A stretch of 16,589 nucleotides of DNA, taken from positions 1-16,589 of the forward strand of contig JBHIAT010000072.1 of NCBI GenBank assembly GCA_046758705.1, given 5' to 3'. Source of the stretch: Candidatus Bipolaricaulia bacterium (GTDB lineage Bacteria; Bipolaricaulota; Bipolaricaulia; JBHIAT01). Below the pieces are notes generated by a model. It worked only from the letters and a program-made list of their open reading frames with translations. It did no database searches and was not told where the DNA came from. Below are positions 8,312 to 14,817 of this stretch, in pieces (position 1 is the first letter of the stretch; each line of letters opens with the position of its first letter). The position numbers and the translations under genes are program-made.

Positions 8312-9541
8312 TTGGCTGGGGTGAGTGAGTTGGTCGACCGGGTAGCGATGTTGCGCGATGCGATGGTCGAGACGCTGATGGAAATGGTCGCGGTGCGAGC
8401 GGTCAACCCGCGGAGCGGGGACGGGAACGGTGAGTATGATCGGGCACGTTTTCTGGAGGACGTGTTGACAGAGATCGGGTTTGATGAGATGAGCCGTTAC
8501 GAAGCGCCCGATGACGCCGTCTCTGAGGGCGTCCGTCCCAACCTGATCGCCCGCAAACACGGCCGAGATCGATCGCGAACTCTGTGGATCGTGACCCATA
8601 TGGACACCGTCCCCGAGGGGGATCGGTCGCTCTGGGAGACGGACCCCTACAAGCCGGTTCTCCGGGATGGAAAGATCTACGGTCGAGGGGCCGAGGACAA
8701 CGGCCAGGCGCTGGTCGCCTCGCTCTACGCCGTCAAGGCGCTGAACGATCTCGACATCACCCCGCTGATCGACCTCGGCCTCGCCCTGGTCGCCGACGAG
8801 GAGACGGGCAGCCGCCACGGGATTAGCTACCTCATCGAACAGGGGATATTCGGCGAGGACGACTTGATCCTGGTCCCGGACGCGGGGAACGAGGATGGGA
8901 GCTTCATCGAGATCGCTGAGAAGTCGATATTGTGGTTTAAGTTGACGACCCTGGGCAAACAAGCCCACGGCAGCACGCCGCACGAGGGAATCAACGCTCA
9001 CCGCGTCGGCATGCTGGCCGCGATCGAGGTCGACCGGTTCCTGCACCAGAAATACGAGCGCAAGGATCCGCTGTTCGATCCACCCGAGTCCACCTTCGAG
9101 CCGACCAAGGTGGAGCCGAACGTCGGCAACATCAACACCATGCCGGGCCGCGACGTCGTCTACTTTGACTGTCGCATCCTGCCTGACTACCCCGTGGAAC
9201 AGATGTTGAACGACATTCAGGGGATCTACCGTCGGTTTGAGATCGATTATGGGGTGAAGATCGAACTCGAGGTGATCCAACGGTTGGAGGCCCCGTCTGC
9301 GACCCCGGAGGACGCTCCGGTTGTGAGCAGATTAAAGCAGGCGATCCAGGTAACCCGGGGACTGGAGCCGACGATCGGCGGGATCGGCGGCGGGACCTGC
9401 GCTGCGCTGTTCCGCAACGCAGGGCTGCCAGCGGTCGTCTGGTGCACTCAGGCCGGGATGGCACACCAGCCCAACGAGTACTGCGTGGTCGACAACCTGG
9501 TGGCCGACACTCAGGTGTTCGTCGCGTTCATGATTCTGTGA
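8312..9541 (+). CDS. M20 family metallo-hydrolase (ArgE/DapE-like deacylase)
   Basis: Metal-binding and catalytic motifs HMDTVP, GRGAEDNG, DEETGS, GGGT, AHQPNEY. Start set at TTG 8312, after GGAGGTGATCC (8299-8309). Confidence 0.9.
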   Translation: MAGVSELVDRVAMLRDAMVETLMEMVAVRAVNPRSGDGNGEYDRARFLEDVLTEIGFDEMSRYEAPDDAVSEGVRPNLIARKHGRDRSRTLWIVTHMDTVPEGDRSLWETDPYKPVLRDGKIYGRGAEDNGQALVASLYAVKALNDLDITPLIDLGLALVADEETGSRHGISYLIEQGIFGEDDLILVPDAGNEDGSFIEIAEKSILWFKLTTLGKQAHGSTPHEGINAHRVGMLAAIEVDRFLHQKYERKDPLFDPPESTFEPTKVEPNVGNINTMPGRDVVYFDCRILPDYPVEQMLNDIQGIYRRFEIDYGVKIELEVIQRLEAPSATPEDAPVVSRLKQAIQVTRGLEPTIGGIGGGTCAALFRNAGLPAVVWCTQAGMAHQPNEYCVVDNLVADTQVFVAFMIL

Positions 9542-9553
9542 ACGCCAGCGGGC

Positions 9554-10852
9554 TCACCGGGACGGTTCAAGTCGCTCGACCACCTGCTGCAACCGGTTGA
9601 CCGTTCTCGTTCGGCCCAGTGCTTCCATCGTCTCGAACAGCCCGGGACCGATCGTCTTACCGGTCATCGCCACCCGGGAAGTTTGAGCGACGTCGCCGAG
9701 ACTCGCTCCCTGCTCCTTCAGGTAACTGCGCACCGCCTCCTCTAGTGCCAAGGCCCGGAACGGCTCGACCCGATCGAGGACGTCGATCAGGCCACGAAGC
9801 AGGGGGGCCTTCTCAGGTTTAAAGAACTTTTTGACGCCCTGTGGATCGTACTCAACCGCATCGGTGAACAGAAACTTCATCGACTTGGCGAGCTCGGTGA
9901 GCGCCCGGCTTCGGGTCTTCATTAGCTCAGCCGCCTCGATCAACCGGGCCTCCTCCAAGGCGTCCTCGGCGATGCCCATCCGGGTTAAGGCCTCACGAAG
10001 CAACGGCGCGAGCCGCGCGCCGCTCGCGCGCTTCATGTGCTCGTGGTTGATCCACAACAGCTTTTCCTCGTCGAAGATCGGCGAAGCTTTCCCGACTCCG
10101 TCGAGCGTGAACCGTTCGATCAGCTCCTCGACGGTGAAGATCTCCTGGGTCTCCTTGGGCGACCAACCGAGCAACACCAGAAAATTGACCATCGCCTCCG
10201 GCAGATACCCGGCCTCGCGATATTCGAGGACCGAGCGTGCGCCGTGTCGCTTGGAGAGCTTCGTCCGGTCCTTGCCCAGCACCATGGGGACGTGGGCGAA
10301 TGCCGGTGGGGCCTCCCCGAGCGCCTCGTAGACGAGCAGTTGCTTTGGGGTATTGTTCAGATGTTCGTTGCCGCGGATGACGTGGCTGATCTTGAGCTCG
10401 ATATCGTCGACCGGCGCGGCGAAGTTGTAGGTGGGAAAGCCATTGGAGCGTTGGATCACCCAGTCATCGAGTTCGGTGTTGTCGAAGGTCACATCGCCGA
10501 GGATCTCGTCGTGGACAACCGTCCGGCCCGTCTTCGGCATCCGCAGCCAGATCGCCCCCTCATGTTCGTACGCTTTCCCCGACTCCAGCAGTTGGGACGC
10601 CATCTCCTGGTACACGGGAAGACGATCGGTCTGACGGTAGTACTCGTTCCAATCGAGCCCCAGCCAGCGCAGTGACTTCTGAATGTCTGCGATCGAGGCA
10701 TCGGTCGACCGGCTGCGGTCGGTGTCCTCGATCCTCAGGATGAATGTGCCGTCGTGATGGCGGGCGAACAGCCAGTTGAACAGCGTCGAGCGCACGCTTC
10801 CGGCATGGAGCGCTCCGGTCGGTGATGGGGCGAACCGAACTCTCACACTCAT
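9554..10852 (-). CDS. gltX: Glutamyl-tRNA synthetase
   Basis: VRVRFAPSPTG, HIGH-equivalent HAGS, LRIEDTD, PTYNFA, SHVIRG, KLSKRHGA, LLGWS, and a full C-terminal anticodon-binding domain (GPGLFE). Confidence 0.95.
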   Translation of the reverse strand: MSVRVRFAPSPTGALHAGSVRSTLFNWLFARHHDGTFILRIEDTDRSRSTDASIADIQKSLRWLGLDWNEYYRQTDRLPVYQEMASQLLESGKAYEHEGAIWLRMPKTGRTVVHDEILGDVTFDNTELDDWVIQRSNGFPTYNFAAPVDDIELKISHVIRGNEHLNNTPKQLLVYEALGEAPPAFAHVPMVLGKDRTKLSKRHGARSVLEYREAGYLPEAMVNFLVLLGWSPKETQEIFTVEELIERFTLDGVGKASPIFDEEKLLWINHEHMKRASGARLAPLLREALTRMGIAEDALEEARLIEAAELMKTRSRALTELAKSMKFLFTDAVEYDPQGVKKFFKPEKAPLLRGLIDVLDRVEPFRALALEEAVRSYLKEQGASLGDVAQTSRVAMTGKTIGPGLFETMEALGRTRTVNRLQQVVERLEPSR

Positions 10853-10881
10853 GATGAACGAATCACCCCGTGGATGGAAGA

Positions 10882-11763
10882 TTATTCGTAGATGGCTGTC
10901 CCCGTCTCAGGGACCCCAGTGATCTGTTTGAAGCGCTCCCGAATCGAGCGGGTGAGTGCGCCGGGTCGCCCGTCGCCGATCGGCCGTCCGTCGATCTCGA
11001 CGACCGGAATCACCTCGGCCGCCGTCCCGGTCACGAACACCTCGTCGGCCATGTACAACTTGGCAATCCCAAAGTACTCCTCCTGGACCGGGTTGTCGGC
11101 TTCGGCCAGGATGTCGATCACCGTTGCCCGGGTGATGCCGGGCAGATTGTTCATCACCGGCGGTGTGTAGACCTGCCCGGCGTCGACGACGAACAGGTTA
11201 TCGGCACTGCCCTCCGAGACGTTGCCGCGTACGTCGAGCATGATCGCCTCGTCGGCCCCCCAGACGTTCGCCTCAATCCGGGCCAGGACGTTGGTCAGAT
11301 AATTCAGGGACTTGACATTGGGCGGCAAGCTTTCCGGAGCCTTGTTGCGTATTGCTACCACGATCGCCCGCAAACCGCGTTCGTAGAGATCCTCGCCGTA
11401 GAGGGTTTTCCACTCCCGGGGGATGATGATCACCGTCGGCCGGTCACAGCGCCTCGGATCGATCCCCAGGTCGCCGACCCCCCGGGTGACGACCGGTCGG
11501 ATGTACGCCTCGCGCAAATCGTTGACCCGTAGCGTCTCCAGGATCGCCTCCCGCATCTCCTTACGGGAGAGCGGTATCTCCAAAGCGATCGCCCGGGCGC
11601 TGGCGTAGAACCGGTCGAGGTGCTCGTCCAGTTTGAAGACATAGCCGTTGTAAGCCCGGATCCCCTCGAACACCCCGTCACCGTAGAGCAACCCATGGTC
11701 GAAGACACTTACGACCGCCTGTGCTTCGGGCACAAAGCTCCCGTTGACATAGATCTTTGCCAT
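10882..11763 (-). CDS. ilvE: Branched-chain amino acid aminotransferase (PLP fold IV)
   Basis: [27 protein letters not shown] (PLP lysine), [21 protein letters not shown]. Three tandem ATGs (11769/11766/11763); the last is best spaced from the SD AAGGGAG. Confidence 0.93.
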   Translation of the reverse strand: MAKIYVNGSFVPEAQAVVSVFDHGLLYGDGVFEGIRAYNGYVFKLDEHLDRFYASARAIALEIPLSRKEMREAILETLRVNDLREAYIRPVVTRGVGDLGIDPRRCDRPTVIIIPREWKTLYGEDLYERGLRAIVVAIRNKAPESLPPNVKSLNYLTNVLARIEANVWGADEAIMLDVRGNVSEGSADNLFVVDAGQVYTPPVMNNLPGITRATVIDILAEADNPVQEEYFGIAKLYMADEVFVTGTAAEVIPVVEIDGRPIGDGRPGALTRSIRERFKQITGVPETGTAIYE

Positions 11764-11806
11764 CATCATACTCCCTTCTTGAGATCAGTTCGATTCGGCC
11801 TCGGTG

Positions 11807-11835
11807 TTGATCCCCGCCCGCCACCACTGTAAAAT
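11807..11835 (+). promoter_or_regulatory. Putative sigma70 promoter for the Lrp-domain/argF operon
   Basis: TTGATC (11807-11812), 17-bp spacer, TAAAAT (11830-11835). Confidence 0.65.
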
Positions 11836-11862
11836 TATCTAAAGTTAGGGGTGGAAGGTCAA
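11834..11862 (-). promoter_or_regulatory. Putative sigma70 promoter for ilvE-gltX
   Basis: Minus strand: TTGACC (11862-11857), 17-bp spacer, GATAAT (11839-11834). Confidence 0.6.
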
Positions 11863-11891
11863 CTTCATCGCAATCGGGATAAGGAGGAGGT

Positions 11892-12152
11892 ATGGCCATA
11901 CGCGCATACGTTCTGATCCGGTGTGAACGGGGCACCGCTGACGAGGTCGTGGAGAAGATCCGCGATAAGGAACACGTCAAGCGGGCGGACACGATCTTTG
12001 GGGAATACGATGCGATCGCTTATCTGGTGATCGAGGAACTGCCCTCCATGTTCTCCGTACGGGCGCTTCAAGCGATCGTCCTCGAAGAGATCCAGCGAAC
12101 TCGGGGGGTCCTCAATACCAACACCCATATTGTCACTTCACCTGAGGGCTGA
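11892..12152 (+). CDS. Stand-alone Lrp/AsnC ligand-binding (RAM) domain protein
   Basis: 86 aa with the pattern AYVLIRCERG...V...IFGEYDAIA...IQRTRGVLNTNTHIV and no HTH. Strong SD AAGGAGGAGG. Confidence 0.85.
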   Translation: MAIRAYVLIRCERGTADEVVEKIRDKEHVKRADTIFGEYDAIAYLVIEELPSMFSVRALQAIVLEEIQRTRGVLNTNTHIVTSPEG

Positions 12153-12170
12153 TATACGGAGGTGGTCGCT

Positions 12171-13088
12171 ATGACAGTCGAGCACCTGATCTCCATCTGG
12201 GCTTTAACGCCACAGACGGTTCGAGAAATCATTGCACACGCCAGCGAGCTGAAGGCTGAGCATCGGGCGGGCCGTTCCCGCCGTGGTGACCTTTCTGGAA
12301 AGACACTGGCGATGATCTTTCTGAAGCCATCACTTCGCACCCGGGTCTCCTTCGAGACCGGCATGACCCAGCTTGGCGGCCACGCCCTCTACCTCGGCCC
12401 CAGCGATATCCAGCTCGACGAGCGGGAGCCAATTGAGGACATCGCCCAGGTGACCTCGCGATACGTCGATGGGATCATGGCCCGCGTCTTCGCCCACGAA
12501 ACGGTCGAGGAGCTGGCGAAGCATGCGACCGTCCCGGTCATCAACGGGCTCTCCGATCGGCTCCATCCCTGCCAGGCGCTCAGTGACCTGGTCACGATCC
12601 ACGAGCGGAACGGGCGGCTGGAGGGTCTGAGGCTGGCGTTCATCGGGGACGGGAACAACGTTGCCCAGTCGCTGATCTACGGCTGCGCCAAGGTCGGGAT
12701 CGACTTCGTGATCGCCTGCCCAGAGGGATTTGAGCCCGAGGAGGAGATTGTCGAGGCCGCCCGAGGGGAGGGGATCCGGGTCGAGATCGTGCATGACCCT
12801 AAGGAGGCAGCTGTCGGGGCCGATGTCCTCTACACGGATGTGTGGGCATCGATGGGCGAGGAGACCATCGCCGCGGAGAAGAAGAGGAAGTTCGCGGGGT
12901 TCCAGATCAATCGGGAATTGATCGATTTGGCGAAGGACGGGTGTCTGGTGATGCATGATCTGCCCGCCCACTACGGTGAGGAGATCACCTATGAGGCCGC
13001 CCGCAGCAAAAACAGTGTCATCTACGATCAGGCGGAGAACCGGCTCCACACCCAGAAAGTGATCCTGATACGGTTGCTCAGCCGTTAA
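12171..13088 (+). CDS. argF: Ornithine carbamoyltransferase
   Basis: FLKPSLRTRVSFE, INGLSDRLHPCQALSD, GDGNNVAQS, YTDVWASMG (SMG loop), HDLPAH, DQAENRLH. ATG 12171 follows GGAGG (12158-12162). Confidence 0.9.
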   Translation: MTVEHLISIWALTPQTVREIIAHASELKAEHRAGRSRRGDLSGKTLAMIFLKPSLRTRVSFETGMTQLGGHALYLGPSDIQLDEREPIEDIAQVTSRYVDGIMARVFAHETVEELAKHATVPVINGLSDRLHPCQALSDLVTIHERNGRLEGLRLAFIGDGNNVAQSLIYGCAKVGIDFVIACPEGFEPEEEIVEAARGEGIRVEIVHDPKEAAVGADVLYTDVWASMGEETIAAEKKRKFAGFQINRELIDLAKDGCLVMHDLPAHYGEEITYEAARSKNSVIYDQAENRLHTQKVILIRLLSR

Positions 13089-13092
13089 CCTG

Positions 13093-13665
13093 TTAATCGA
13101 GTCCCGGCCCCGGTTTCCGAGCCTGAATCTCATCCTGGTTGACAAGCAGCACCCGTTGCTCTCCGTCGACCTCCGCCACCTTGACCTCGACGACCTCATG
13201 CGCGGCTGTGGGGACGGTCTGGCCGATATAGTCCGCCTCGATCGGAAGCGTCCGCCAGCCACGGTCGATGAGTACCGCCAGATGGATGAACGCTGGCTGT
13301 CCCAGCTCAAGCAGCGCCGCCACCGCGGTATGGATAGTGTAACCGGTGTAGAGGACATCGTCAACCAGGATGAGCCCGCGACCATCGATCTCGAAGGGGA
13401 TCTGGATTCGGTTTACCTGAGGTTGGGGGGCGATTCGGCTGAGATCGGACCGGTAGAAGCGGATGCTCAAGGCGCCGACCTCGACCGGTCTATCTCTGAG
13501 CGCTTTTAAGTGTTGAGCCAGCCGCTTTGCTAGCGGGACGCCCCGGGTCTCGATCCCGATCAGTCCGACTTCGGGAGCGTCATCGCGTTCTCGCGCTACG
13601 ATCGCTTCGGCCATCCTGCGGAGCAGCGTATCCAACTCTGCCCCGGTCATAATCTCCTGGGCCAT
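13093..13665 (-). CDS. pyrR: PyrR-like regulator / uracil phosphoribosyltransferase (divergent)
   Basis: GIETRGVPLA, FYRSDL, PRPP-binding LVDDVLYTG, LAVLIDRG.R.LPI.ADYIG. Confidence 0.85.
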   Translation of the reverse strand: MAQEIMTGAELDTLLRRMAEAIVARERDDAPEVGLIGIETRGVPLAKRLAQHLKALRDRPVEVGALSIRFYRSDLSRIAPQPQVNRIQIPFEIDGRGLILVDDVLYTGYTIHTAVAALLELGQPAFIHLAVLIDRGWRTLPIEADYIGQTVPTAAHEVVEVKVAEVDGEQRVLLVNQDEIQARKPGPGLD

Positions 13666-13684
13666 TTGAGTTTAAGTCTCTATC

Positions 13685-13730
13685 GATGAAGGACAGGAGG
13701 GGAGGGACAGCGACGCCTCCTCCCCTCATC
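13685..13730 (-). promoter_or_regulatory. GC-rich stem-loop between HU and pyrR (possible terminator, attenuator or processing site)
   Basis: Perfect 9-bp inverted repeat GAGGGGAGG (13697-13705) / CCTCCCCTC (13719-13727). No clear U-tract. Confidence 0.45.
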
Positions 13731-13756
13731 TTTGGCTCACCGGGGCCAAGCAGTGG

Positions 13757-14083
13757 CTATGACCGCCTGCGTATCTTGAGATTGCCTTCGGAGCCGACGA
13801 CCTCGAGGTTCCGGGCGATCGTCTCCTTTAAACCCTTGCCTGCCTGAAAACTGGGGACCACCTTCCTGGGGATCTGGATCTGCTCTTTGGTCTGCGGGTT
13901 GATCCGGTTGCTCGCCTTGCGCGCTCGGGCCCCGAACTTGCCAAAGCCGACCAACTTAACCGACTCTTTCTGGGTCAGCGCCTCGGTGATCACCTCAGTA
14001 ACAGCATCAAGCGCTTTCCTGGCATCCTTTTTGGTGAACCCCGTTTTCTTCGCCAGCCGCTCGACGAACTCTGCCTTATTCAC
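13757..14083 (-). CDS. hup: HU family DNA-binding protein
   Basis: MNKAEFVERLAKKTG, VKLVGFGKF, NPQT, VPSFQAGKGLKE. GTG start at 14083 with SD GGAGGTG (14093-14099). 108 aa. Confidence 0.92.
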   Translation of the reverse strand: MNKAEFVERLAKKTGFTKKDARKALDAVTEVITEALTQKESVKLVGFGKFGARARKASNRINPQTKEQIQIPRKVVPSFQAGKGLKETIARNLEVVGSEGNLKIRRRS

Positions 14084-14132
14084 CTGATTCGACACCTCCC
14101 TTCTTATGTTGGCATTTGATCTTGGTCTAAGT

Positions 14133-14744
14133 TCAAGCTTCACCCCCCCGGGAGCCGGAACCCTCGTCCCCGATCCGGTGCTCCTTGCCATGAAACAGTC
14201 GTTCCAGGTTGCTACGATGTCGATAGATCGCCAGCAGGGCGAGGAGGGTCATCAACCCGATCTCGGTCCCACCTCCACCGAACCCCCAGACCAGGAGTGG
14301 CGAGACGATCAGCGCCGTCAGCGAAGCAACCGAGACGTAGCGGGTGAGGTAGACAACCCCTGCCCACAGGGCACCACAGATCAAGAAGGCACTCCACGAC
14401 AGCGCGGCGAGCACACCGAGCGAGGTGGCTACCCCTTTGCCTCCGGAGAACTTGAGAAACGGGCTCCAATCGTGGCCGACGACCGCCAGCCCGGCGATCA
14501 AGATTGAAACCTCCAGGTGCACGATCAGCAACGCGGGCAGCAACCCTTTGGCGAAGTCCAGGCTCAGGGCGAGCAGGCCATAAGAGAGCCCGCACGCCCG
14601 CATCACATTGGTCGCCCCGGGATTGCCACTGCCGTATTTGCGGACATCGATCCCCATGAGATGCTTAGGGATTAGGAAACTGAAGGGGATTGCACCGAGC
14701 AGATAACTGAGCACAGATAGCCCGAGCACCTGCACCTGCGTCAT
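14133..14744 (-). CDS. plsY: Glycerol-3-phosphate acyltransferase PlsY
   Basis: YLLGAIPF, GSGNPGATNVMR, DFAKG, GHDWSPF, GGKGVAT, YVSVASL, HRSNLERL. Multi-pass hydrophobic protein. Confidence 0.95.
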   Translation of the reverse strand: MTQVQVLGLSVLSYLLGAIPFSFLIPKHLMGIDVRKYGSGNPGATNVMRACGLSYGLLALSLDFAKGLLPALLIVHLEVSILIAGLAVVGHDWSPFLKFSGGKGVATSLGVLAALSWSAFLICGALWAGVVYLTRYVSVASLTALIVSPLLVWGFGGGGTEIGLMTLLALLAIYRHRSNLERLFHGKEHRIGDEGSGSRGGEA

Positions 14745-14817
14745 GAGAATCGATACCGTCTTTTTGCTCCGTTCACCTCACCAACACAGCCCCGGAACAA
14801 CCCCTATGCCCCTTCAA

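Noticed and set aside
9554..10852. GluQ (glutamyl-Q tRNA-Asp synthetase), suggested by the short length
   Set aside because: A complete anticodon-binding domain is present; GluQ is about 300 aa and lacks it.
12171..13088. Aspartate carbamoyltransferase (pyrB), suggested by the adjacent pyrR
   Set aside because: It has OTCase signatures (HPCQ, DVWASMG, QAENRLH) and lacks the ATCase HPTQ and R.Q.ER motifs. It is also convergent with pyrR.
4444..13385. Long antisense ORFs (4444-5385, 8282-9280, 10037-10675, 10870-11532, 12330-13385)
   Set aside because: These are shadow frames opposite well-supported genes, expected in GC-rich DNA, and carry no recognisable motifs.
14084..14191. Extended 144-aa HU start in the ORF track
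   Set aside because: It overlaps the plsY 3' end. An SD plus GTG at 14083 gives the canonical MNKAE start.
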